A DNA stretch of 64,000 nt, taken from Somniosus microcephalus (lineage: Eukaryota). Shown piece by piece: positions 12,708-25,670 of the stretch. The stretch lies in assembly GCA_052327205.1 (NCBI GenBank), contig CM126204.1, positions 148,118,001 to 148,182,000 on the forward strand, written 5' to 3'. The notes under the pieces are model-generated. The model did not search any database and was not told the origin of the DNA. It worked only from the letters and a program-made list of their open reading frames with translations. Every line of letters begins with the position of its first letter. The first letter of the stretch is position 1. The translations under genes and the position numbers were made by a program.

Positions 12708-13333
12708 ACTTGGAGAAATTCAGCATCACGCCGTTTGGGGCGCTAACTTTAAAAAAAATATTCAGGGTTTGCACTCCAGGAAGGAAGTGGAGCACTAAAT
12801 CAAGCGCTCCACTTCCTTCCTGGAGCGCAACAGGCAGCAGTCGGGGTGGTAGGTGTGCAGCACTGCCGCATTGGAAGGCTCATTCACTGCATTAAAGGGA
12901 AGAGCCATTGCTGCAGGCTCTGCAAGGGGAAAACTTACCTGGTCCCCAACGGCAGCCACGATCCGGCCGATCAGCCCGATGCACTGCAGCAGGGCGCCGG
13001 GCTGATCGATCGCTGGCGAAGACAAAGGGGGGGAAAAAAAAGAGTGCATTTCAGAATTTTTTACACTTACCTCGGCCACCTCGCCTTTAAGCATCGCCCC
13101 CGAAGTGCCCGGCCTGCTGATGAACACCTCCTGCAGTTGCTGGTGTTTTCGCCCAGCTATGCTGCAGGGGGTGGAACCGAAGTTCAGGTCAGGGGCTCTC
13201 CGGGCGAAGGAGATCGCAGCACAATGCCATACCACCGGTGCAAACCTCCCGTCGAATATAGTCGATCTTCTCACCGCTTAGCGCCCCATTATCGCCTCCC
13301 GGAGGCGATAACAGGAGGCGCATTTCTAGGCCT
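12708..13333. mobile_element. GC/CpG-rich multi-hairpin insertion, candidate non-autonomous DNA transposon
   Basis: Inverted subterminal motif tggggcgctaa / ttagcgcccca, gaaat / atttc ends, and three strong internal hairpins. Confidence 0.55.
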
Positions 13334-13964
13334 TTATCTTGATCATTCTGGGCTAGATTTAAACTCATATTCCACATGACAAAAATACATCTTCAACATG
13401 ATGAACCAACTGAGTTATTGCTAGAACCTGCATCATCTTTGTGATTTCCAAACAAATGAAATCAAACCAGCATTAAACCTCATCTTAGTGAACAACCAGT
13501 GACAGTATTACATTTGTTACATTATTTGGTATGCCAACACATGAAGCACAGAATATATTTTGGATAGCTGCCAATGCTGACTTTTGAGACGGAGGTCAAT
13601 CAGGCAGACATACATGTAGTTAAAGCTGCATTGAGGATACCATTTTAGATAATGTAAAGTAAGGTATTGGACAGATGCAAATCCAAAAAACATCCAATAC
13701 TGACAACTTTTTTGCCCTTGGACATAGAAATTAAGATAGTTCATGCATAGTGGCCCTCTGGTTATGTGGAAACAAGTGCAGCCAAGTTCCTGTAGGTGTT
13801 GTCTAAAAGGGTGAGCACAAGGTTCACCAATTTGAACAACTTTTTGGACAGTATGCTCCAGTGTCACAGATCAAGGATAACCTTCTTACCATTTCAGTAT
13901 ACCAAAGTATCTGGAAAAGAAACCTGGTCTCTTCTGAAGGGACTCTGTTACACAGGCACAGCAA

Positions 13965-14100
13965 TAAAACACTGCAGATGCTGGAAATTCAAAAGTCAAA
14001 ATACAAACAGAAGATGTTGGAAACACTCAGCTGGTCAGGCAGCATCTATGAAGAGGGGAAGATAGGGTTACCGTTTCAGGTCAATGACCTTTCATCAGAA
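13965..14100 (-). mobile_element. Solo Penelope-terminal-repeat-like short repeat with hammerhead core
   Basis: CUGAUGA-a-aggtca-t-tgacct-GAAA on the minus strand; the cleavage triplet appears altered. Confidence 0.7.
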
Positions 14101-14409
14101 CCTGAAGATTATGCTGCCTGACCCACACAGCAATACATTTTGCTTGGGATGGGTCAAGATCAAAAATCAGCTTCAAGAACAGCATCCTCATGACCTTGCT
14201 AGGAGCTATGGAGAAAGAACAATGAATGCCAGTAACCACCAAAGGAGTCAGTAGGCCTTCTGAGATAAGGAAATTAGAACTATCTCCCCAAGTCAACAGC
14301 CACCACAAAAGGCTACCATAGGTTTATCTAAAGGAGAAGCCAGAGAAAAAAGTGGTTGTTGTATGCAAAACAACACCACATAACAGTCGAGGCAAGAAGT
14401 TACCCCGAT

Positions 14410-14745
14410 GATTAATCTCCTCCAGCCCTACAACCCGATACTTGTGCTCGTCCAATTCTGGCTCTTGAGCACCCCCCATTTTAATTGCTCCGCCACTGGG
14501 GGCTGTGTCTTCAGCTGCCAAGGCCCTAAGCTCTGGAAATCCCTCCTTAAACCTCTCCACCTCTTCCTCCTCCTTTATGATGCTCCTTAAAACCTACCTC
14601 TCTGACCAAGCTTCTGGCCATCTGCCCCAATAGCTCCTTATGTGGCTCGGTATCAAATTTTGTTTGATAACGCTCCTGTAAACCACCTTGGGACATCTTA
14701 CTACCTTAAAAAAGGTGCTATACAAGTACAAGTTGCTGTTGTTGA
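14410..14745 (+). mobile_element. L2 LINE 3' end
   Basis: GGCVFSCQGPKLWKSL...LLKTYL-type L2 C-terminus and a ggtgctata...gttgctgttgttg tail. Other L2 scraps occur at ~8115-8235, ~23990-24340 and ~31050-31680. Confidence 0.7.
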
Positions 14746-15106
14746 GGAAAAGAATAGCTGCAGCCATGTTATGCTTCAATAGCAGACATGACTACCACCC
14801 AAAATAAGCTAGAAGGCCTATTGCCATTTTGTAGCTTTCAATCCAGGAAAGATCTGATTCAGAAAAACAAAGATTAAAAAAACTCTTACTAGAAACAAAC
14901 AATAACTTCAAGCTGCAGAGATATATTTAAAACAAGGTGAAGTACTGCCCCCATTACCTAGGAGAGCTGTGTCTGTCACACCACACTAGATGACCACAGG
15001 ACAGATACCTCAATGCTCATAAGTACTCTAAAGGAATGTTGCTTCCACAATGCTCGCAGTTGGCTTATCTGATATGTAGACAGTGCAAGAAAGAAAAATC
15101 ACATAC

Positions 15107-15199
15107 CTTTTTCATTGATATACAACAGGTGAGATCATGGTATACAATAGGAACATGGTCTTTTGAAAGATGTACATCAAATTCTACAAAGGCAGCACC
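15107..15199 (-). CDS. GPCPD1: GPCPD1 exon 12 (GAAFVEFDVHLSKDHVPIVYHDLTCCISMKK)
   Basis: Metal-binding E-x-D and second catalytic HD motif; tttcag acceptor and AAG|gtatgt donor; 93 nt. Confidence 0.96.
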
Positions 15200-17064
15200 C
15201 TGAAAGAAATCAAATACATCTCTTTATATTCTAGGTACTGTACTGCAATTGACTGGTGTAACTGAAGTCTTGTAAAATAATCAACTTGTCAATTTCATGC
15301 CCGTTTCAGAATAGATTCTGATTTACATCTCATTAATTGGAATTACATTTCTGTCATACTAAACTTTAAAAACAGTCAATATATATCTTACACGGTTTCT
15401 ACAGTAACACAAACAATATATTCAGGACTTCAGACGCTTACACCAATATAATTACAAAGATATGAACCCTTTAAAATATAGAAGTTTTCTTAATTTACTC
15501 AAACGTGGAAGTATTTTTCTCCATTTCTTCTCTTATCCTACAATGTCTTGTTGCCTGACTTCCCCTCCCGTCAGGGACATACCTAGCATCTGCTCATCAC
15601 TTCACTAATGGCGCAACCAAATATCACGAAATTCCATGGGTGAATGTGCTATATAAACACAAGTCTTTTTATCATGTCTCTTATAAATACTTCCAAGTTT
15701 CCCAATGACTTACACAAGTAAACATGGTAGTCATTTTGCACATAACAATGGATCAATGAGTTTTTAATTGGTGATGATTAACAGAGGAATGGCAACCATG
15801 ACACTGGGAGAACTCCAACCTCATGCGATTAGCACCAACGTCCACTTGAACCATTAAAACAGGTAGACACAGCTTGGTTTAAATATTTCAGCTGGACAAC
15901 ACCAATAATGCAGCACTCCCTCAGAACTTAGAGGAGTATCACCCTAGATTATGTGCTCAAGTCTCAGTAGAGGCCTGAAAAGCACAACCTTGTGCTTCCT
16001 AGGCAAAATCCCTCCAGCTGAATCAAGCTGACACTATAGGGGAATGTGCAAAGTCATAGGCCCAGACCTACTGTTCCCAGGTACAATGCATTCCAATTAT
16101 CAAAAATAATGCGACAACTCTTAACTTGGATTGTAACACTACAGCTGAAGCAACAGAAAAATATATGCAAAAAGCACTTTATATTTCAGTGGGCCCCCAT
16201 CAGATGATCACTATTACGCATTAATAGTACAAAATAGGATATAAAAACAGTTGGCAAGATGACAGCAGGCACCATCTATGATCTAGTTGGATAACTCATC
16301 CTTATCCACAGCAACCATTTCCTATACCCATGTGAATTCATCTAGATTTAATTCCATTGTGGCATTCGCTGGCCCATTCACTTAATTCATCCAGATCCAT
16401 CTGAATGCAAATCGATCTCCCCGATATTGGCTTGTGGAAAAGGCATGCCATTCTCATAGTCTAAAGGAATCTTGTATTTTTAATGAAACATGATGTCCTG
16501 GACTCTGTCCTTTCACCAACAAGTGCCAAGAGCACAACTTCATTTAAATTTTGTAGCAAAGTGCAAACCATGTCAGAGGTCAGCATATTGTAGAAGCTCC
16601 TGAATAACTGACTCTAAAGCAGTCTCCAGTTTATATGATTTGATGGCATTATTTGATATTCCTACAATTAACCATCTCCATGTTTAAGAATACTGTAGTC
16701 AGAGCACCCAGCCAACACCTATGAAAAATGCAGCACTACCATAACTTTTATCATACTAATGTGGTGTCAATTTGCATGTTGTAATTGTGAAATAACTAAA
16801 GGGTTCAACAATTACAGCCACTGAAAACATCTGATGTATAAGGTGTTGTGCCATCACTGGGGCCATGACAGCCGAATTAGACTTGGCTTTAAGATCCTAT
16901 GCCATGTGCGCAATTTATAGCCTGCAAATCCAAAAAAAGTAATAAATGCGAAAAATAAGAAAAAACCCAAAAAGTATCAACTCTAGTCTTCATTCTATGA
17001 ATATTGCTCAACATTCAAATGAACATACAATTATCCAAACAAGGGAGAAAACAATGGAACGATA

Positions 17065-17190
17065 GCAAAATACTGCAGATGTTGGAAATCCGAAATAACA
17101 ACAGAAAATGCTGGAAAAACTCAGCAAGTCAGGCAACATCCGTGGAGAGAAATTTGAGCCGACGTTTCGGGTTTGACCCTTCTTCAAAAC
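17065..17190 (-). mobile_element. Solo Penelope-terminal-repeat-like short repeat with degenerate hammerhead
   Basis: UUGAAGA...acccGAAAcGUC on the minus strand, with the C3 core base changed; same family flank (tgcagatgttggaaat...aaatgctggaaaaactcagc). Confidence 0.7.
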
Positions 17191-17329
17191 AATGGACATT
17201 GTCATTAAGTAATTCACGCCACTGAAGATTTGGTGGCACTTAACCTTCCTTAGTGCTCCAAAGCACACAAGAGTCGATAGACGAAACAGATAAACACACA
17301 AAAAAAAGGAAACACTAATTAATTCAGCT

Positions 17330-20005
17330 CAGAGCATGGAAAAACGGGAGAGGTACAATGCTTTCGACATGAGGTTAAATTACCAAAAGGTAGGTGAATG
17401 CAACAATCTTCCCAATTTGCATGTGGACATTGAACATGAACCAATGACTTATGCAGAAAACTGTGGCAATATGATGCTGTGGCAATAACAGAAACGTGGC
17501 TTAAAAATGGTGAGGTAATATTCAAGGGTACAAGGTGCTCAGAAAAGATAGGGAAGGAAAAAAGGGTGGGGTGGCAGTGCTGATTAAGGAAGACATTGTA
17601 ATGTTGGAAAGGGAGGGTGTTCTTGAGGGGACAAGGACAGAATCCATTTGGTTAGAGTTGAGGAGCAAAAAGGGTATGATCACACAAGGGTATTCTAAAG
17701 GCTTCCAAATAGTGAGGGAGGTAGAGGAGCAAATCTGCAGGGAAATAGCAGAGATATGCAAGAGCTACAGAGTGGTGATATTGGGGGACTTTAATTACCC
17801 ATATATTGATTGGGATAATGCTAGGGTAAAGGGAAAGGACGGGGAGGAATTTCTGAAGTGTTCAGGAGAATTTCCTTGACCAGTATGTTCTTGGCCCAAG
17901 TAGGAAGGAGGCATTGCTGGATGTGGTGCTGGGGAATGAGGTGGGCCAGGTTGACCAAGTGTCTGTGGGAGAACACTTGGGTACGAGTGATCATAAGATT
18001 TAGATTAGCAATGGAGAGGAGCACGGAACAATCTAGAGTGGAACTTCTAAACCGGAATAGGGCTAACTTCAATGGGATGCGAAAGGATCTAGCCAGGGTA
18101 AAATGGAACCAAAGACTGATTGGAAAAACTAAGAGTAATGGGTGATCTTTAAGGAGGAGATGTTCCAAGTACAGGCTAGGTATATTCCAACAAGAGAGAA
18201 GGGTAAAGGAACCAAAGCAAGGGCTTGTTGGATGATTGGGAGGGGAGGGGAGGGGCAAAGAGAATGAGAGTAGAATGGCACGAGGTGGGGCCTATTAGGG
18301 ACAAAAGGTGATATATGCTTAGAGGCACAGGGCAAGGCTAGAATACTCAACGAGTACTTTGTATCTGTGTTTACTAAGGAGGTGGATGCTGACAAAATAT
18401 CGGTAGAAGTGCAAAAGGTAGAAGCAATGGAAGGGGTGAAAATTGATAGACAGGATGTATTAGAAATGCTGGGTATGCTTAGAGTGGATAAGTCGCCTGG
18501 TCCAGATGGCTTGCATCCTAGGTTGCAAAGGGAATTGGGGGAGGAGATAGCAGAAGGGCTTGCCATAATTTTCCAATGTTCCCTAGATGCAGGGAAGGTG
18601 CCCAAGGATTGGAAAGGGTGTAAGGACAATCCTAGTAACTACAGGCCGGTCAGTCTAACATCAGTGGTGGGTAAAGTTTTAGAAACAATAATCAAGGAAA
18701 AATTTAATGGGCACTTGGTGAGGTTTAAGCTAATTAAGGAGAGCCAACACAGATTTGGAAAAGCCAAATCCTGTTTGACTAATCTAATTGAATTTTTTGA
18801 TGAAGTAACATGGAGGATTGATGAAGGGAATGCAATGGATGTTGTCTACATGGATTTTAGGAAGGCGTTTGACAAAGTACCACGTAGAAGGCTGGTTAAC
18901 AAAATTGTGGCTCATGGAATAGGTGGGTCAGTGGCAGCTTGGATAAGGAATTGGCTTAAGGACAGAAAACAGCGAATTGTGGTAAATGGCTGTTTTTCAG
19001 ACTGGAGGATGGTAGACAGTGGTGTTCCCCAAGGGTCAGTACTGGGCCCAATGCTTTTTTTTAGATATATAAAATGACCTGGATATTGGAATAGAGTAGA
19101 ATGTCTAAGTTTGCCGCCGACACCAAACTTGGGGGTGTGGCAAACAGTGAGGAGGATACCAATCGACTAACAGGATACAGAAAGGCTAGCAGAATGGGCA
19201 GATGGAATTTAACAGAGAAGTGTGAGGTGATGCATTTTGGCAGAAGGAACAGGGAGAGGCAATATACACTTAATGGCACAGTTTTAAAGAGTGTGCTGGG
19301 ACAGAGGGACCTGGGAGTTAATGTGCATAGGTCCCTGAAGGCGGCAGGACATATTGAGAGTGGTTAGCAAAGCACATGGGATCTTGGGCTTCATAAATAG
19401 AGGTACTGAGTACAAAAGTAGAGAAGTTATGTTGAACCTTTATAAAGCGCTGGTTAAGCCACAACTGGGGTATTGCGTCCAGTTCTGGTCACCACACTTT
19501 AGGAAGGATGTGAAGGCCCTTGAGATGGTGCAGAGGAGATTTACCAGAATGGTTCCGCGGATGGGGATCTTAGCTACAAGGACAAGTTGGAAAAGCTGGA
19601 TTTGTTTTCATTAGAGCAAAGGAGGTTGCGGGGCAATCTGATAGGTGTACAAGGTTATGACGGGTTTGGATAGGCTAGACGGGGAAAAGCGGTTCCCACT
19701 AGTTGATGGTACAAGGACTAGGGGACACAGATTGAAGATTTTGGGCAAGAGATACAGGGGTTGACGTGAGGGAAAACTTTTTTTTTTTTTTTTTTTTTAA
19801 AACACAGCAAGTGGTGAGGACCTGGAACTCACTGCCAATGGAAGTGGTGGAAGCGGAGACACTCAATGTTTTCAAAAGGGAGACTGGATGGGCACTGGAG
19901 GGAAATAAATTTGCATGGCTATGGGTATAGAACGGGGAATGGGATTGTCTAGAGAGTCGGCACAGACTCGATGGGCCGAATGGCCTCCTTCTGTGCCGTT
20001 ACGTC
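17330..20005 (+). mobile_element. CR1-clade LINE, degraded ORF2 (APE endonuclease plus RT) with 3' UTR
   Basis: [56 protein letters not shown] and KFAADTKL, spread over frameshifted ORFs. Confidence 0.93.
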
Positions 20006-20217
20006 TGATTAATTCTGGAAACCAGCTGGGGCATTGAAGTTATCAGATCAAACAACATTATTTATATATGCAGGGCTTCAATGTAAAAAAGATCGCACGG
20101 TGTTTCACAGAGGCACAATGAAAACAGATATCAAGCCAGAGGAGATTAGGAGGGGATGACCAAAAGCTTCGTCAAAGTGATAGGTTTTAGGAACTTTAAA
20201 GCAGAGGAAGATGGAGA

Positions 20218-21280
20218 TGGACTGAGGATTGGTTAACCAACAGAGTAAGAATAAACGGGTCATTTTCAGGTTGGCAGGCTGTAACTAGTGGGGTACTGCA
20301 AGGATCAGTGCTTGGGCCTCAGCTATTCACAATCTACATCAATGATTTGGCTGAGGGGACCAAATGTAATATATTCAGGTTTGCTGACAATACAAAGCTG
20401 GGTGGGAATGCAAGTTGTGAGGAGGATGTATGGAGGCTTCAAGGGGATATAGACAGGCTAAGTGAGTGGGCAAGAATATGGCAAATGGAATACAACGTGG
20501 AGAAATGTGAAGTTATCCACTTTGGTAGGAAAAATAGAAAAGCAAGAGTATTTTTTAAAATGGTGAGAGATTGGGAAATGTTGGTGTTCAGGAGGGACCT
20601 GGGTGTCCTTGTACACGGATCACTGAAAGTTAACATGCAGGTACAGCAAGCAATTTGAAAAGCAAATGGTAGGTTGGCATTTATCACAAGAGGATTTGAG
20701 TATAAGAGTAAAGACGTCTTACTGCAATTATATAGGGCCCTGGTGAGACAACATCTGGAGTAATGTGTACAGTTTTGGTCTCCTTACTGAAGGAAGGATA
20801 TACTTGCCATAGAGGGAGTGCAACAAAGGTTCACCAGACTGGACAATTCACCCCCCAATCCCAGGAACCAATGAGGAGAGATCGAGTAGACTAAGCCTAT
20901 ATTCTCTGGAGTTTAGAAGAATGAGGTGTGATTTCATTGAAACATACAAAATTCTTACAGGGCTTGACAAGGTAGATACAGGGAGGATGTTTCCCCTGGC
21001 TGGGGAGTCTAGACCCAGGGGTCAGCCATTTAGGACTGAGATAAAGAAACATTTCTTCACTCAAGAGGGTGCTGAATCTTTGGAATTCTCTACCCCAGAG
21101 GGCTATGGAGGCGCAGTCGTCGAGTATATTCAAGATATTTTTGAATATTTAGGGAATCAAGGGATGTGGGAATAGTGCAGGAAAGGGGAGTTGAGGAAGA
21201 TGATCAGTCATGATCTTATTGAATGGCAGAGCAAGCTCAAGGGGTCAAATGGCTTATTCCTGCTCCTATTTCTTATGTTC
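20218..21280 (+). mobile_element. 5'-truncated CR1 LINE
   Basis: [24 protein letters not shown] and WQMEYNVEKCEVIHFG; typical 3' tail ending cctgctcctatttcttatgttc. Confidence 0.92.
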
Positions 21281-21713
21281 ACGGAGGGGTTTAGGGAGGG
21301 ATCTTGGTGGTTAAAAACATTAGGCCGATGATGGGGCGAAGGGAAGTTGCACATAGTCTGGAGAATGAGAGTGGAGGGCTGGGGGGGCAGGGGAACAGAG
21401 AGGGGATGTAGGGCTGAAGGTAGTTAGAGATATAGGGATGGGTAAGATCATGAAGGGATTAAAACACAAGGGTGAGAATTTTAATTTTAAAGTGTGTGAG
21501 GGGCCAGGGGTGCCAAGAGCCAGTGAGGACAGGTGTGATGAGCAGGTAGGACCTAGTGTGTGATAGGATATGAGCAGCAAAGTTTTGAATTAGGTGAACT
21601 TTACAAAGGGTTGAGAATGGAGGAGGCTGGCCAGGACAGCATTAGAGTAATTGCGCTTGGAGGTGTCCAAGGCATGAATGAGGGTTTCAGCAGCAAAATC
21701 AGCTAAGATAGTA

Positions 21714-22098
21714 TCAACCTTGGCTCAGCAGTAGCATGCTCACATTTGAATTAGCTAGGCATGTGCTCAAGTCCAGTACTGAGGGAGCGCTGCAATGGAG
21801 GTACACAGTCTTTCAGATGAGACATTTAATCGAGGCCCTGCCTGTCCTCATTAGGTGGATGTAAAAGATCCCATGGCACTATTTGAAGAGAAGGGAAGTT
21901 CTCCCCGTGTCCTGGCCAACATTTATCCCTCAACCAGTATCATTTGGAAAAAAAAATCTCAAATCGCTGTTGTGCAAATTGACTGCCAGGTTCTCTTAAA
22001 TTACAACAGTGACTACACTTCAAAAATACTTAACTGGCTGTGAAGCGCTTTGGGGTTTCCCGAGGACATGAAAGGCATGATACAAATGCAAGTCCTTT
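21714..22098 (+). mobile_element. Same SINE family copy, nested in the L2
   Basis: Shares core and tail with 11858-12272. Confidence 0.8.
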
Positions 22099-24977
22099 AA
22101 GGTAGAGGCAGAGGTGGAAATATGCAGTCTTTGGGCTGGACAGGATATAAGGTCGGAAGCACAGCTTTGAGTGAAACAGGATGCCAAGGCTGTGAGCAGT
22201 CTGGTTCAGCCAGTTTCCAGGGAGGGGGGTGGAATCAAGTGACAAGGGTACGGAGTTTGTGGAAACGACGGAAGATGATGCTTACAATTTTCCCAACGTT
22301 TAGGTGGAGAAAGCCATAGCTTCTACAAGAATGGATGATGAACAAGCAGTCCGACAGGATAGGAGGTAGGAGACCTTGAGAGATCGTGGAGACGTAGAAC
22401 AGGGTGCTATTGGCACACTTGCAGCTAACTCCATGGATTAGGATGTTGTTGTCAGGGCAGCATGTAGTGAAAAAAAGAGGGGGCTAACTATGAATCCTTG
22501 GGATGATGGTATAGGATGGGAAGAGAAGCCAGTGGTAGTTAAGAATGAAAACAAGCAAGGGCAGTACCATAGATCAAGACGAGAGGAGAGGCATTGGTGG
22601 AGGATCATAAACTGACGACAACAAGGAGGGACAATGCTGAACAATCATACTTAGAGAAGGTCATTCATTATTTTTTCCAGTGTTATAGGAAGGGCAGAAA
22701 ATCAGATTAGATGGATTCACACGGGGAATGTGGGCCCAGATCTGGAATCACACTCAAGGACCTTGGCTAGGAAAGGAAGTTGGAGATGGGACGGTAGTTA
22801 GCAAGGGCCGAGGATTAATAAGTGATTTTTTAAATGGGGGGGGGGGGGGGGGGGGGGTGGGGAGGGGTTGTCAGAGGAGAGAATATGAACGGTCAGGTAA
22901 AATGGGGCCCAGGAAGGAGAAGCTGGCTTTTTAGGAGGTTAGTATGAATGTCGTCAAGGGAGCAGAAGCTAGGTTTTATGAACGAGATGAGCTCAGGAGT
23001 AAGCTGGGGGATGATGGGGACAAAATGAGATGAGGGTTCAGGGCTAGGGTGGTCTAGCATGATGCGCAAGGGAAAAAGCAGCATAAGCAGCTGATCACAT
23101 GGTCTCTAACTTGGAGATGAAAAGAAGCCACAAGCTCCTCACCCCTGTTGTTAGAGGTGAAGTTGAAGGGGGCAAGGGAAAGGGATTTAATAAGGAGGTG
23201 GTTGATGGCACAGAAAGGAGCCTGGGGCTATCTTTGCTCTCCAGGATGATCCTACAGTGGTGGGCCATTTTAGTAGAAGAAAGCAAGGTTTAGTAGAACT
23301 CAATATTGTTAGAACTAGATCAGTATCATTAAGCCAGGTGCGCATGGAGAAACTGTTTCCACTTGTGGGGGAGTCCAAAATAAGGGGACATAAATACAAG
23401 ATGGCCACCAACAGGTCAAATTAAAAATTTAGAAAGAATTCCTTTACACCGAGTGGGGAGAATGTGAAACCCGCTACCACATGAAGTGGTTGAAGGAAAT
23501 ACTATTAATGCATTTAAGGGGAACCTTGATGCATACACAAGGGAAAACAAAATAAAGGAATATGGGGACAGGGTGGGATGAGATAATTAGAGTGGAAGGA
23601 AGCTTGTGCGGAGTATACAAAGACAAGTTGGGCCGAACGGTCAGTTTCTGTGCTGTAGATTCCATGTATCAATTTCCTGAGACAAAAAACTCAAGATACA
23701 ATTTTAGGCATAGGATTTTCTTTTAAATGGAGCCTGATCACTGCCCTATCTGATTGTCAAAGTTAATCCACTATCAGGACATTAAGTGCAGTAACTCAGC
23801 AGAAATAAGAGCAAATATTTTAAGCGTCAATAAGTAAGGAATTTAAGATCACATGGAACCACTGGTTTAGATGGGTCAGACATCATGTGCAAAACAAGGC
23901 TCCGATCCCAGGTGTAGGTTACTGCTTATACTGTACACAGATTCAATTCTCCAAGACCACCACTGCAATGAGGAACTTAAAAACCACTAGATTTTCTCCA
24001 CCTTAATGTCAGCAAAGCCCAAATCATGCTCCTCAGCTTTTATCAAGCACACGCGTGCCTCCAACCTTGACCCATTCACTTCGTAGGCTCCCACCCATTA
24101 GGTCCTTAGGATCTGAATCTTTGTGTACAACCTAATCCTTTCCCTGCATCTGCTTGGTTACCAAGACTGCCTTCTTTCATCTTTGCAACATCACCCACTT
24201 CTGTCAAAACCCTAACCATTATCCGAGCTCAAGTTCTCATGCTCTCCCAGTCTACTTCCTCCAGAAATTAAAAATCTTCCAAAATGCAACAACCCATGTC
24301 TTCACCTACACAAAGTCTCGAATTCCCACCACTGTCCATTAATGTGGATGCTTATCATACGAAAGAAGAATGTGGATGCAATCTTTGACTGAGGTGGACA
24401 ACCCAAGTGTTAACTGAAGCTTGCCATACATTAATGTAAGACCTTTTTTAAAAAGGCTCTCCACGAAATAGCTACAGCAATGAACATAACATCTGGAAAA
24501 AGAACCATTTCTAGTTTGCCAATAATAAGCTGCTGCTGCTAAAAAAGAGAGAATTTTGGTACATTATAAAATGAGGTTTTACATGTAGTGGGTACTGCAG
24601 TAAGGCCATAGGTCTGCTTAACAGCAAACTTTTAAATGGCCACTATCTCCAATGTTTCCCCACTCATTTAGGTGGCAAGATATTCATTTGTACAATTTTA
24701 TTCACTTCTCAGGATTTAAAATCTGCCTTTCATGTTATCCATTTGTTGTAACATAAAGCAAGTTTTCCTATATTGAAAACAAAATCTAAACTTCAAAACT
24801 GCCATAAATTTAACTCCATGAGCTACAGGCTAGCAATACTGGTCATATGAATCATTTTAAACAAATAGTTACATCAATAAAATTATTTTAAATAAACCTT
24901 TGGGGAAATGTATGTGCTTATTGTGACTTTAAAGCAACATATACTGGAAAAGCATGCAGAGTTGTTTTATTACTTAC

Positions 24978-25032
24978 GTGACTAGCGGCATTTTTAAAGG
25001 AAGCTATTGTGTTTTCTCTGACTTTTGCGAGG
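24978..25032 (-). CDS. GPCPD1: GPCPD1 exon 11 (LAKVRENTIASFKNAASH)
   Basis: GDPD ENT motif; ttttag acceptor and CAC|gtaagt donor; 55 nt. Confidence 0.94.
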
Positions 25033-25577
25033 CTAAAATACAATTTTTTTGACAAAAATCAGCACTATTAAAGTGTAATATGTTGTTTCTATATGTACAG
25101 CTTTAATAATTTCATAAATCAACAGTGGAATAACCAAATATTTAATTCCCAACATTAATAAGCAATAGCACTTTGTATTAAAATGGAAACAAAAATAAAT
25201 TCTAAAAATACCCCCAAAAATTCACTTTTCTATCTACGGCCGAGAGGTCAAACACAATATAGAGTACGAAGAACAGATTGTTTAGGGAGGGTAAATAGGT
25301 GTTTTTTAAAAATCCTTGCATGATTGCTTCTGCTTTACTAAAATAATTATAGGAAAATTTGACCAGGCACATTCATTGTATTTGCCATGTCAGACCACCC
25401 AGCAAAAGGCAGTTCAAAAGGACAAGTCAACCTCCTGTGGCATTACACTGAGTCAAGACCAAGTACAGCTTTTAGGTGAAGCTGGTTACAAGACGGCAAA
25501 TAATTGGATCAATCCATAATTCGGTCTTTATTTTTATATTTCCTTTATCAGTCCAAATTTACATGAAATATAAAACA

Positions 25578-25670
25578 ACAGAAAATGCTGGAAATACTCA
25601 GCAGGCCAGGCAGCATCCGTGGAGAGAGAAACAGAGTTAATGTTTCAGGTCTGGGACCCTTCATCAGAAC
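25578..25670 (-). mobile_element. Solo Penelope-terminal-repeat-like short repeat with hammerhead core
   Basis: gtt-CUGAUGA-agggtc-cca-gacct-GAAA-cAUU-aac on the minus strand. Confidence 0.7.

Larger units (their letters stand above)
20050..23290 (-). mobile_element. Old L2-clade LINE interrupted by a CR1 (20218-21280) and a SINE (21714-22098)
   Basis: Minus-strand L2-like peptides (SLGILFHSKLCFRPYI...TAYFHL; LKLKFSPL) and an L2-type 3' tail near 20050; the sequence resumes on both sides of each insert. Confidence 0.65.

Noticed and set aside
12795-13379. Overlapping 159-177 aa ORFs on both strands
   Set aside because: They lie in a GC-rich palindromic insertion where stop codons are rare, and show no recognisable domain or splice context.
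18367-19077. 236-aa RT ORF as a functional gene (likewise 46222-46830 and 28068-28754)
   Set aside because: Fragments of frameshifted, truncated LINE ORF2 copies; the catalytic region is split or mutated.
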